NCBI GenBank assembly: GCA_903854195.1 | Contig: CAINVO010000021.1 | Span: 14,032 to 78,031, forward strand | From: an uncultured bacterium | GTDB taxonomy: Bacteria; Patescibacteriota; Minisyncoccia; Phycocordibacterales; CAINVO01 | Direction of reading: 5' to 3' | Length of the DNA: 64,000 bases | Part shown: positions 55,572-64,000 of the stretch, piece after piece | How positions within the stretch are numbered: the first letter of the stretch is position 1 | How the letters are laid out: each line of letters starts with the position of its first letter | Notes under the pieces: model-generated | What the model was told of the DNA's origin: nothing | What the model saw: only the letters and a program-made list of their open reading frames with translations | The model's database searches: none | Translations under genes and position numbers: made by a program

Positions 55572-56666
55572 ATGAATAAAATTACAAAAGCAATTTTGGC
55601 CATAGTAGCTATCGCGTTAATCGTTTGGGGTATAGTGGCTATAGTAGAAAAGCCGTCCACTTCATCAACAAAGGCAACTGTTAAGATTGGTCTAGTTCTG
55701 CCAATGACAGGAAATGCCGGTTTCTTGGGTGAGTCTGCACAAAATGCTGCAGAGCTCGCTCTCAAAGATGCCGGTGTTACAAAGAATGACTATAAGCTGG
55801 TATTCGAAGATGACTCCTTTGATCCAGTAAAAACAGTAACAGCTGTAAACAAAATGATCAGTGTTGATCATGTAAGTTCTATCGTTACTTTTGGATCAGG
55901 TACAAGTAACGCAGCTAGTCCCATTACTGAGGCAAATAAAATTCCTCACTTTGGTCTAGCTTCTGATCCAACATCAGCAAAAGGTGATTATAACTATATT
56001 CACTGGACACCTCCGTTTAAAGAAGGTCAGCTTCTAGCGCAGGAGCTGGTTCGCAGAGGATATAAGAGCGTATCTATTATAGGTACAAATCATCCTGGAA
56101 CTTTGGCAGTAACAGATTCTTTAAGGCAGGCTCTTCAGGGAACCGATGTGAAAATAGTTTCTTATGATTTAACAAATGTTGGTGATAAAGATTTCAAAAC
56201 TGTCATCAATAAAGTGAAAACTGCAAATCCAGACATCATCGTCTTGGAACAGTTTTCACCCGAAATTGAAATCACCGCAAAACAAATCAAAGAGCTTGGT
56301 ATTAAGACACCGGTTACTTCTGTAGAAACATTTGCATGGAGTAATCAGATAGGTTTATTTGAAGGGGATTGGTTTGTTGCAGATGCAAAAGTTTCACCGG
56401 CATTTGTTGCGGAGTACAAAGCTGCTTATGGTAAAAATCCAGCACCAGGTGCATCATATATATATGATTTAGTGACATTATTAGTGAATATACAGGAAAA
56501 GTCAGACAAACCAATTGCGGCAGCAGATATTCCTACAGTTCTAAATCAAATGGGCTCATACAACTCAGCACTATTTGGAAACGTGGCAATCGATAAAGAT
56601 GGATTTTTCATCACTGATGCTTCGGTACAGATCATTAAGGATGGTAAGGCAGAGATGGTGAACTAA
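55572..56666 (+). CDS. ABC-transporter substrate-binding protein, Leu/Ile/Val-binding (LivJ/K, Peripla_BP_6) family; membrane-anchored
   Basis: N-terminal anchor, then 'KIGLVLPMTGNAGFLGESAQNAAELALKDAG...YKLVFEDD' (LIVBP signature). Confidence 0.75.
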   Translation: MNKITKAILAIVAIALIVWGIVAIVEKPSTSSTKATVKIGLVLPMTGNAGFLGESAQNAAELALKDAGVTKNDYKLVFEDDSFDPVKTVTAVNKMISVDHVSSIVTFGSGTSNAASPITEANKIPHFGLASDPTSAKGDYNYIHWTPPFKEGQLLAQELVRRGYKSVSIIGTNHPGTLAVTDSLRQALQGTDVKIVSYDLTNVGDKDFKTVINKVKTANPDIIVLEQFSPEIEITAKQIKELGIKTPVTSVETFAWSNQIGLFEGDWFVADAKVSPAFVAEYKAAYGKNPAPGASYIYDLVTLLVNIQEKSDKPIAAADIPTVLNQMGSYNSALFGNVAIDKDGFFITDASVQIIKDGKAEMVN

Positions 56667-56726
56667 TTAAACAGTAGGCAAAAACAAAAAAGCATTAGCG
56701 AAATACTCGCTAATGCTTTTTTGTTT

Positions 56727-57461
56727 TTACAAACTCTCCCACAATATCTCAAATATAGATCTGAATACGTCTACCATTGGGGGGATAGCGATGACTACAC
56801 ATAGAGCATCTACTTCAGGGCCCACAATTACAATTTTATCGTTGTAAATATCGATAGTACTTTTGAACTTGTACTTTTCTGGCATGTATTTATATTCACG
56901 GAGGAGAGATGTGTCGTTTTGACCTTCTTCACCCATTGAGTCACCAGACAAAAGTAGTTTTACTCGAGTGCTATTTTCCGCTCGCTTTTTTCTGAAGTCT
57001 AGAAAGAAATCACGATCAGTGTTTAACCAAGTCGAAGCACTTCCAATAATGTAATATTCTTTATTTTTGTATTCACTTAGGATTTCATCATAGAAAAGTT
57101 TAAGTTCATCTTTTGATTTGATGAATCTCACACCGTAAATACTCTTGTCGGTTTTGGCTAAGCCCTCTAGATAGGGGATTATTTTATTAAAAGACTTAAT
57201 CTTTCTTTCAAAAAGAGTGCCTAGTTGTTGTGGTTTAACAGGATAAAAGAGTTTTTTACCTCCTTGTTCATAGACAGTGACTATTCCTTGGGAGATGAGT
57301 CTTTCGAGGATTGGATAGACCGTGGTCCTCTTTATATTTACTTCGCTAGCCAAAGATGTAGCGCTGCAGCCACCAGTTTTTAAAAGGCCTACATAAAGGT
57401 CTATTTCTTGCTCAGAAAGTCCCAAATCCTTCAATATATCTAGATAGTTATTAGTATTCAT
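56727..57461 (-). CDS. TrmB-family transcriptional regulator (second copy, paralog of 54588..55376)
   Basis: 'LSEQEIDLYVGLLKTGGCSATSLASEVNIKRTTVYPILERLISQGIV'. Confidence 0.7.
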   Translation of the reverse strand: MNTNNYLDILKDLGLSEQEIDLYVGLLKTGGCSATSLASEVNIKRTTVYPILERLISQGIVTVYEQGGKKLFYPVKPQQLGTLFERKIKSFNKIIPYLEGLAKTDKSIYGVRFIKSKDELKLFYDEILSEYKNKEYYIIGSASTWLNTDRDFFLDFRKKRAENSTRVKLLLSGDSMGEEGQNDTSLLREYKYMPEKYKFKSTIDIYNDKIVIVGPEVDALCVVIAIPPMVDVFRSIFEILWESL

Positions 57462-57547
57462 GTTGTTATTTTTTTACGACAGCTTACCTAAATATAGTAT
57501 ATCAGGCTAAAAATAAAGTCAATACCAGCTATACTTGTCTAAAATAG

Positions 57548-57576
57548 TTGACAATAGGCTAAGAATAGTATATAAT
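57548..57576 (+). promoter_or_regulatory. Consensus sigma-70 promoter for the second binding-protein gene
   Basis: TTGACA-17 nt-TATAAT, exact consensus, 41 nt upstream of the 57618 ATG. Confidence 0.55.
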
Positions 57577-57617
57577 GAACGTATTAAAATATTATAAATA
57601 AATCAAATAAGAAATTC

Positions 57618-58739
57618 ATGACTAAAACAAATAAAATAATCATATGGGTCATAGCCATTCTAGCTGTAGTTGCCATAGCATTTGTGTTGAGCACACATAA
57701 AGCTTCTGCAGATAAAGTAGAGATTGGGGCATTGTTCCCATTAACTGGAGGCCTAGCTTCATATGGAGAGCCTGCCCAGAAATCTGCACAATTAGCCGTT
57801 GATGAAATAAATGCAGCGGGTGGTATAAACGGGAAACATCTCGAAATCAATTTCCAAGATCATAAATGTGATCCAAAACTAGCAGTGACTGCATATCAGA
57901 GTTTGCATAGCCAAGGTGTTAAAACTTACCTTGAAGTGGCATGTAGTGGCGCAGTACTCAGTGTTGCTCCACAGCTTAATGACTCAGTCCTTCTAGTGTC
58001 AGCGGCTACATCTCCAAAGATTAGTAAGGTTTCTCCTTATGTCTTTAGAAACTATGCTTCAGATGATAACGAGTCGAAACTTTTTGCAGACCAAATCATC
58101 AAGAGTGGATATAAAAATGTTGGTGTAATATTTGAAGAAACAGATTATGCAAAAGGACTTGAAGTTGACCTAGAAAAATATTTAGCAGGATCTGGAGTAA
58201 ATGTTATCGCTGAAGGGTTTACAGCAAATTCTACAGATGTAAAGACACAAGTATCTAAAATCAAATCAGATAAGGTGGATGCGGTGTTTGTAAGTGTACA
58301 GACTGTCACAACAGGGGATGTAGTACTTGGAGAAATAGAAAAGCAGGGATACAAACCAGCAAATCTAATTGTGAATGAAAATATTCTAAAATCTTCGCAA
58401 CTTCTTTCAAAGTACTCAAACCTTCTTGAAGGTGCAACAAGTGCGGACTACATAACAAATGACAATCCGGCTCTTACAAAAATGCTCGATGCTTACAAAG
58501 CGAAATACGGTGTTGATTGTCCTCAGAAAAACATTTGTGCCACAGTGTACGACAACGTATATATCCTGGCTGAAGCTATAAAGACAAATGGATATGATGC
58601 AAATGCAATCAAAACATATCTAGCTAGCTCAACGTACAATGGTTCCAGCGGAACAATCGGCTTTGACCAAAACAATGACAGAAGCAATGCAAACTATACA
58701 TTGTTTAAAATAGAGGGATGGAAGGTGGTGGTGAAATAG
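57618..58739 (+). CDS. ABC-transporter substrate-binding protein, LivJ/K family (second paralog)
   Basis: 'EIGALFPLTGGLASYGEPAQKSAQLAVDEINAAGGINGKHLEINFQDHKCDP'. Confidence 0.75.
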   Translation: MTKTNKIIIWVIAILAVVAIAFVLSTHKASADKVEIGALFPLTGGLASYGEPAQKSAQLAVDEINAAGGINGKHLEINFQDHKCDPKLAVTAYQSLHSQGVKTYLEVACSGAVLSVAPQLNDSVLLVSAATSPKISKVSPYVFRNYASDDNESKLFADQIIKSGYKNVGVIFEETDYAKGLEVDLEKYLAGSGVNVIAEGFTANSTDVKTQVSKIKSDKVDAVFVSVQTVTTGDVVLGEIEKQGYKPANLIVNENILKSSQLLSKYSNLLEGATSADYITNDNPALTKMLDAYKAKYGVDCPQKNICATVYDNVYILAEAIKTNGYDANAIKTYLASSTYNGSSGTIGFDQNNDRSNANYTLFKIEGWKVVVK

Positions 58740-58825
58740 ATAATTAATTAATAAATTACCAAACAGAAAGCCCTAATCATAGGGCTTTTGTGTTAAAATA
58801 TTGCTAATATATTCAGAAATAATTT

Positions 58826-59692
58826 ATGGACATTATTCCTCAACTCGTTGCTAATAGTATTATTGCCGGAGCTTTTTATGCGCTTATTGCCCTTGGTTTC
58901 AATCTCATTTATGGCACTACAAAGTTTTTCAATTTAACTCATGGTGTCATTGCTGCAATTGGAGGGTATACCGTTTTCTTTTTAACTACAACTTTCGGCT
59001 GGAATATTTATGCATCAGCTGTTGTGGGAGTGTTCGTGGCAGGGCTTGTCGGATACCTTCTTGAGAAATCACTCTACAAACAACTACGAAAAAGAAAAGC
59101 ATCACAGATGGTCTTCTTGGTGGCTTCACTCGGGGCATTTACCGCACTGCAGGCGGTCATTGCCATTATTTTCTCTAGTCAGTTTCAGACTTTATCTATT
59201 GGCTCATGGGACTTGCAAACATTTAACATTTTTGGAGGCATTATCACGGTAGTACAGTTGGTGACTTTGGTTTCAGCTATCGTTATCATGATTGTTCTCG
59301 GAATTGTTATGAGATGGACAATGTTTGGTAAAGCGGTGGAGGCAATCAGCGATGAAGAAGAAGTGGCAAAGGTGGTAGGTATTCACACAAACAAAATAAT
59401 AGGTCGAGTATTTTTCATCGGGTCCGCGATTGCAGGCCTTGCTGGTATTTTGATCGGTCTTGATACAGGACTCGAGCCAACAATGGGAATGGGGCTTTTG
59501 CTCAAAGGGGTGATTGCTTCTATTATCGGAGGCATCGGAAATGTATATGGGGGAGTGCTCGGTGCATTCTTACTTGGGTTTATAGAAAACTTTGGTATTT
59601 GGAAAATATCAGGGGAGTGGAAGGATGCGATTGCTTTTGGTGTACTTATTATTTTTCTGCTATTTCGCCCACAAGGTATTTTAAGAAAATAG
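58826..59692 (+). CDS. livH: Branched-chain amino acid ABC transporter permease, LivH family
   Basis: Polytopic membrane protein with 'GYLLEKSLYKQLRKRK' and a C-terminal 'GVLLGALLLGFIEN'-type motif. Confidence 0.75.
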   Translation: MDIIPQLVANSIIAGAFYALIALGFNLIYGTTKFFNLTHGVIAAIGGYTVFFLTTTFGWNIYASAVVGVFVAGLVGYLLEKSLYKQLRKRKASQMVFLVASLGAFTALQAVIAIIFSSQFQTLSIGSWDLQTFNIFGGIITVVQLVTLVSAIVIMIVLGIVMRWTMFGKAVEAISDEEEVAKVVGIHTNKIIGRVFFIGSAIAGLAGILIGLDTGLEPTMGMGLLLKGVIASIIGGIGNVYGGVLGAFLLGFIENFGIWKISGEWKDAIAFGVLIIFLLFRPQGILRK

Positions 59693-59719
59693 AGATGAGG
59701 AATTTGCAATAATAAAAAC

Positions 59720-60586
59720 ATGGAATATTTAATACACTTAGGAATACTCTTTACAATCTACGCGGGACTTGCAGTGAGTCTCAATCTTATTGTGGGGTAC
59801 ACAGGGCTCTTGTCTGTTACCCAAGCAGCATTTTATGGAATCGGCGCATATACTACTGCGATATTGATGACAGATCACGGTGTGAACTTTTTCCTTTCCA
59901 TTTTGATCGGTATTTTGGTGTCGGGGCTAGTTTCACTTTTTATAGGTTGGATATTAAGCAGATTTAAAGATGACTATTATGCTCTGGTGTCGTTTGGTTT
60001 CAACATTATTGTTTATAGTATTTTTCTAAACTGGCAGAGCTTAACTCGTGGCCCGCTTGGTATTCCTGGTATCAACAAACCTGAACTTTTCGGAATAGAT
60101 TTTTCTCGAAATATTAATTTCTTGATTTTGACCGTGATAATAATGGCTGCAATCTATGGCGTGTGTGCTTTTATAGTGCACTCATCTTTTGGCCGAGTAC
60201 TTAAAGCTATTCGTGAAGATGAGAAAGCTATCAGCATCTTCGGATACAATACATCTACATATAAACTTGTGATTTTTGTAATCTCAGCAAGTATTGCTGC
60301 AGTTTGTGGATCACTTTTTGCAAGCTACATTACTTTTATTGACCCATCTACTTTTAGTTTGAACGAATCTATTTTTATACTCGCTATGATTATCCTTGGC
60401 GGTCTTGCGAACCTTCGCGGCTCATTACTTGGCGCTTTGTTTTTGATTTTGCTTCCAGAGATTTTACGTTTTGTAGGTTTTCCAACTGATGTTGCCGCAC
60501 AAATGCGAGAGTTGGTTTATGGATTGATCTTGGTTTTACTCATGTTGTATAGACCACAGGGGATATTGGGGGAGTATAAGTTATAA
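59720..60586 (+). CDS. livM: Branched-chain amino acid ABC transporter permease, LivM family
   Basis: 'GYTGLLSVTQAAFYGIGAYTTAIL' is typical of LivM. Confidence 0.75.
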   Translation: MEYLIHLGILFTIYAGLAVSLNLIVGYTGLLSVTQAAFYGIGAYTTAILMTDHGVNFFLSILIGILVSGLVSLFIGWILSRFKDDYYALVSFGFNIIVYSIFLNWQSLTRGPLGIPGINKPELFGIDFSRNINFLILTVIIMAAIYGVCAFIVHSSFGRVLKAIREDEKAISIFGYNTSTYKLVIFVISASIAAVCGSLFASYITFIDPSTFSLNESIFILAMIILGGLANLRGSLLGALFLILLPEILRFVGFPTDVAAQMRELVYGLILVLLMLYRPQGILGEYKL

Positions 60587-60593
60587 TAAAATT

Positions 60594-61346
60594 ATGCCTA
60601 TACTACAGACAAAAAAACTAACAAAGAAATTCGGAGGCATCAGTGCTTTGAATAATCTTTCTATAGAGTTTGAAGCTGGAAAAATTACTGGAGTGATTGG
60701 TCCTAATGGATCTGGTAAGTCTACCTTGGTAAATGTTTTGACCGGTCTTTTGCCGATAACTTCAGGCAGGATTATTATTGCAGACTCTACTAGTCTCAAA
60801 AAAATAGCAGCCCATGAAATGCCATCTTTTGGTATCACTAGGACTTTTCAGGAAGTACGACTTCTTGAGCAGATGACGGTGCTCGACAACATCTTGGTTG
60901 TAATTACAAAGAGAAATGTTATCGGTGCTTTGTTTGAAAAACATAAAACTCATTATCTTAAAATTGCAGAAAATGTTTTGGAAAGATTAGGTTTGTGGGC
61001 AAAGAGAGGCGAGCTCGCAGTCAACCTGTCATATGGACAAAGAAAACTTTTGGAAATTGCTCGAGTGCTTGCCATGACTGAGGCTGAGTCTACAGATGTA
61101 AAAATATTTTTCTTTGACGAGCCATTCGCAGGTCTTTTTCCTGAAATGGTAAAGCTCGTGGTGTCTGTGATGAAAGACTTGAAACAAAAAGGTAAGACCC
61201 TGGTGCTCATTGAACACAATATGGATTTGATCCGTGAACTTTCAGATAAGGTGATTGTGATGGATAGTGGAGAATTGCTAGCAGAAGGATTGCCTGAGGA
61301 GGTGCTATCCAGAAGAGATGTGATAGAGGCGTATTTGGGGGAGTAA
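60594..61346 (+). CDS. livG: ABC transporter ATP-binding protein, LivG family
   Basis: Walker A 'GPNGSGKST', signature 'LSYGQRKLLEIAR', Walker B 'FFDEP'. Confidence 0.8.
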   Translation: MPILQTKKLTKKFGGISALNNLSIEFEAGKITGVIGPNGSGKSTLVNVLTGLLPITSGRIIIADSTSLKKIAAHEMPSFGITRTFQEVRLLEQMTVLDNILVVITKRNVIGALFEKHKTHYLKIAENVLERLGLWAKRGELAVNLSYGQRKLLEIARVLAMTEAESTDVKIFFFDEPFAGLFPEMVKLVVSVMKDLKQKGKTLVLIEHNMDLIRELSDKVIVMDSGELLAEGLPEEVLSRRDVIEAYLGE

Positions 61347-61384
61347 ATAATTTTAAAAAACTTTTAAATAAAATAAATTATAAA

Positions 61385-62131
61385 ATGTCTACCGACCTCA
61401 ACAAACAAAAAGAAATAATGCTAGAGCTCAGAAATATTCACGTGCACTACGGTGGGGTCAAAGCTCTGGATGGATTTTCTGCACAAATAGATGAAGGGGA
61501 GATAGTGGCTTTTATGGGCCCAAACGGGGCAGGAAAGTCTACAGCTTTAAAAAGTATATTTGGTCTCGTACCTATGTCAGAAGGGGAAATTGTTTGGAGG
61601 GGTAACAAAATCAATAATCCAAAACCACATGAAATGGTTCCACTTGGTATATCTTTTGTGACACAAGGTAAGAGGGTTTTTAAACATCTCACCGTGAAAG
61701 AAAATTTGGAAATCGGAGGTTTCGGACTAAATAATAAATCTCTTTTAAAGGAAAGAATAAAGGAGGTACTTGAACTTTTTCCAGCTCTCGTGCCAAAGAT
61801 CAAACAAAAAGCTGGTCAGCTTTCGGGAGGACAACAGCAAATGGTAGCTATAGCTAGAGGGCTCATTACTGATCCTCGTTTACTTTTGCTTGATGAGCCG
61901 TCTCTTGGCCTAGCACCAAAAGTAGTCAAAGAAGTTTTTGAAAAAATTCAAGAAATAAATCAAAAAAGAAATACTGCAATCATTGTGGTGGAGCATAATC
62001 TCAAATCACTTTTACCTATTGTACATCGAGCCTATGTTTTGGATAAGGGAAAAATGGTCAAACATGGTGAGCCAGATGAACTAATGAAAACTAAGATTTT
62101 AGAAAAGGTGTTTTTAGGCGCACTTATCTAA
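61385..62131 (+). CDS. livF: ABC transporter ATP-binding protein, LivF family
   Basis: Walker A 'GPNGAGKST', signature 'LSGGQQQMVAIARGL', Walker B 'LLLDEPSLGL'. Confidence 0.8.
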   Translation: MSTDLNKQKEIMLELRNIHVHYGGVKALDGFSAQIDEGEIVAFMGPNGAGKSTALKSIFGLVPMSEGEIVWRGNKINNPKPHEMVPLGISFVTQGKRVFKHLTVKENLEIGGFGLNNKSLLKERIKEVLELFPALVPKIKQKAGQLSGGQQQMVAIARGLITDPRLLLLDEPSLGLAPKVVKEVFEKIQEINQKRNTAIIVVEHNLKSLLPIVHRAYVLDKGKMVKHGEPDELMKTKILEKVFLGALI

Positions 62132-62207
62132 TTTTCTGTCTTTACTAAAATAACTCGACTTAGCATTATCTAGTACCATTTTTTCGTGTTTTCTGTATAA
62201 TGGCCTC

Positions 62208-62927
62208 ATGAATTCGTCAACAGACAATATCTCCGCTGGTCAAAGCACCGGTTTCAAAAAGGAGCCGTTAACCTTTATTTTTATTGGTAGATCAGGATGT
62301 GGTAAGGGTACCCAGATTGATCTTCTGACTAAGTTTATAAAAAACGAAGAAATTAAATCTGCCAAAAATATAGAAGATGAAACTGGTTTTGCCCCAGAAC
62401 CAAGAGAAATTTTTGCTTTGGAAACAGGCGAGAGTTTTCGTCACTTTCTAGATAATACTGGAAAATATGGCAACACCCCTCAAACTGCCACCCAAAAAAT
62501 TGCTAGTGATGTATATAGTTCAGGTGCAAGACAGCCAGATTTTTTGGCAATATGGATGTGGGCAGATGCAATGGTGGAAAAATTTAACTTAGACAGTCAT
62601 TTGATTGTTGACGGAAGTCCTAGATCATTAGACGAAGCAAAAATTCTTGACACTGCTATAAAATTTTATAAAAGGGAAAATCCTTTTGTTGTGTATCTTA
62701 ATGTTTCGCAGGAATGGTCACGTAAACATTTACTTTCCCGAGGCCGTGAAGATGATATTGATATTGCTATGATTCAAAAACGTCTTGATTGGTACCAGAA
62801 AGATGTTATCCCTGCAGTTGATTTTTTTAAAGATAATGATGGGTATAATTTTTTGCAAATAAATGGTGAGCAGCCAATAGAAAAAGTTCACAGAGATTTA
62901 ATTAATGAGATTTTGGCTAGAGCTTAA
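62208..62927 (+). CDS. adk: Adenylate kinase-like nucleoside-monophosphate kinase (divergent, with a ~40-aa insert)
   Basis: P-loop 'GRSGCGKGTQ', 'VDGSPRSLDEA' (DGFPR-like), 'RGREDDIDIAMIQKRLDWYQK' (R..DD....KRL..Y). It sits in the secY-adk-map position. Confidence 0.6.
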   Translation: MNSSTDNISAGQSTGFKKEPLTFIFIGRSGCGKGTQIDLLTKFIKNEEIKSAKNIEDETGFAPEPREIFALETGESFRHFLDNTGKYGNTPQTATQKIASDVYSSGARQPDFLAIWMWADAMVEKFNLDSHLIVDGSPRSLDEAKILDTAIKFYKRENPFVVYLNVSQEWSRKHLLSRGREDDIDIAMIQKRLDWYQKDVIPAVDFFKDNDGYNFLQINGEQPIEKVHRDLINEILARA

Positions 62928-62956
62928 ATACTTAAATATTAGAATAAAATTTTAAA

Positions 62957-63766
62957 ATGATCACTATAAAAAAAGAGGAGGATATAGTTAGATTGAGAAA
63001 AGCAGGTAAAATTTTGGCTGCTATGCTTGTTGAGCTATCAAAAAAAACATTACCTGGCGTCAGCACTCTTGATATTGATAATTATACAAATGAGCTTTGT
63101 AAAAAATACGGAGTAGTTCCTGTTTTTTTAAATTATAAACCGTATGGAGCTTCTAGACCTTTTCCAGCAAGTATTTGTGTCTCAATAAATGATGAAATTG
63201 TTCACGGTATCCCAAATGAAACTCCACGTACTTTTAAGGAAGGGGATATCGTTTCATTGGATATGGGTGTTTCCTATGAAGGTATGATAGTTGATAGTGC
63301 CACCACAGTTGGTGTTGGTAAAATAGATGAGGCAGCTCAGAGATTACTTGATACAACACGCGGGTCGTTGAAGGCTGGCATAAAAGCTGCTGTTTCTGGA
63401 AGCCGCACAGGAGATATTGGTTTTGCTGTTGAAGATTTTGTAAATAATGAATCAAAAATTTTTGCAGAAAAAACTGGTTTAAAAAAGATTAAACCATTTG
63501 GTATTGCAGAAAATTTAGGTGGGCACGGAGTGGGGTATGAAGTACACGAAGATCCATTTGTACCAAATTTTGGAAAAAAGAATCAAGGGCCAATTTTAAA
63601 ACCTGGTATGGTGATTGCGATTGAACCAATGTTAAATGAAGGAACCGATCGGATTATGATTGGTCGTGATGGTTGGGTTTACCAAACACTCGACGGTAAA
63701 CGCAGTGCACATTTTGAACACACAGTTCTAATAACCGACAAAGGTCCTGAAATTCTTACCGCATAA
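62957..63766 (+). CDS. map: Methionine aminopeptidase type I
   Basis: Metal ligands occur in 'SLDMGVSYEGMIVDSATT', 'GHGVGYEVHEDP' and 'IAIEPML...FEHTVLIT'. Confidence 0.85.
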   Translation: MITIKKEEDIVRLRKAGKILAAMLVELSKKTLPGVSTLDIDNYTNELCKKYGVVPVFLNYKPYGASRPFPASICVSINDEIVHGIPNETPRTFKEGDIVSLDMGVSYEGMIVDSATTVGVGKIDEAAQRLLDTTRGSLKAGIKAAVSGSRTGDIGFAVEDFVNNESKIFAEKTGLKKIKPFGIAENLGGHGVGYEVHEDPFVPNFGKKNQGPILKPGMVIAIEPMLNEGTDRIMIGRDGWVYQTLDGKRSAHFEHTVLITDKGPEILTA

Positions 63767-63803
63767 ATATATTTTGTATTTTAATTTTGCTATACTGTAA
63801 GTA

Positions 63804-64000
63804 ATGGAATCTCGTTTTTTACCAGAAACTTCAGTGGATGCTTCTACTGTGAATAAAAAGTTTCAAACTCCAGAAGAGGAGTTGGTATATCTCCGTGGGC
63901 AAGTAGCTGAAAAAGAAAAAGCTTTGTTTGAACAAGGTATAGAAAATAAAAGAGAGGATGTTATTAAACATCAAATTTCTACATACAAAGATAATAGTCC
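63804..64000 (+). CDS. Hypothetical protein, 5' fragment (runs off the window end)
   Basis: Open frame from the ATG at 63804, 'MESRFLPETSVDASTVNKKFQTPEEELVYLRGQVAEKEKALFEQ...', with no stop before the window end. Not infA-like. Confidence 0.25.
   Translation, partial: MESRFLPETSVDASTVNKKFQTPEEELVYLRGQVAEKEKALFEQGIENKREDVIKHQISTYKDNS

Noticed and set aside
1-64000. CRISPR arrays, rRNA genes, transposases or IS elements
   Set aside because: I saw no regularly spaced direct repeats, no rRNA-like conserved segments and no transposase-like ORFs. The only recombinase is the XerC/D-like gene at 1442..2497.

Overview
This 64-kb window comes from a low-GC (~35%), gene-dense bacterial genome, probably a Candidate Phyla Radiation (Patescibacteria) lineage. 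Three observations point that way. The 'rpsE' gene (uS5) is followed directly by 'rplO' with no 'rpmD' (L30) between them. The S14 protein is the short zinc-binding Z-type. A type IV pilus locus has 'pilB', 'pilC' and prepilins but no secretin or 'pilMNO'. Several housekeeping proteins also carry Lys-rich or Arg-Gly-rich extensions (TIM, L22, L4, S19, S5, S10). The 5' half holds housekeeping genes: partial 'pnp', an NYN-domain gene, 'rpsO', a tyrosine recombinase, 'xth', 'cca', four tRNA genes without an encoded CCA, a YraN-like nuclease, an S1 protease, 'hup', 'rny', 'clpP', 'rsmE', 'tig', 'ppa' and 'nusA'. It continues with the pilus locus, 'tpiA', 'pgk', 'recJ', an 'rnhA' with a C-terminal hybrid-binding domain, 'comEC', a superoxide dismutase gene, a degenerate MBL-fold protein and 'rpmB'. 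The 3' half is the str-S10-spc ribosomal superoperon ('rpsL' through 'secY', then 'adk' and 'map'). Its gene order is conserved, but it is interrupted at several junctions by non-ribosomal cargo bounded by hairpin terminators and re-initiating promoters of the form TTGAC(T/A)-16/17 nt-TA(T)G(T)AT. The cargo is: a small basic open reading frame (ORF) between 'rpsG' and 'fusA'; three genes between 'fusA' and 'tuf', with no recognisable link to ribosomes (an unknown coiled-coil protein, a nucleoside 2-deoxyribosyltransferase-like protein, and a fused prephenate dehydratase/dehydrogenase/ACT protein); a higher-GC 100-aa gene plus a 110-bp perfect-inverted-repeat element between 'rplB' and 'rpsS'; and a 7.6-kb island between 'secY' and 'adk' carrying two divergent TrmB-regulator/Liv-type binding-protein pairs and 'livHMGF'. 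I found no CRISPR array, rRNA gene or recognisable transposase. All identifications rest on reading the supplied translations and the DNA by eye; no searches were run.
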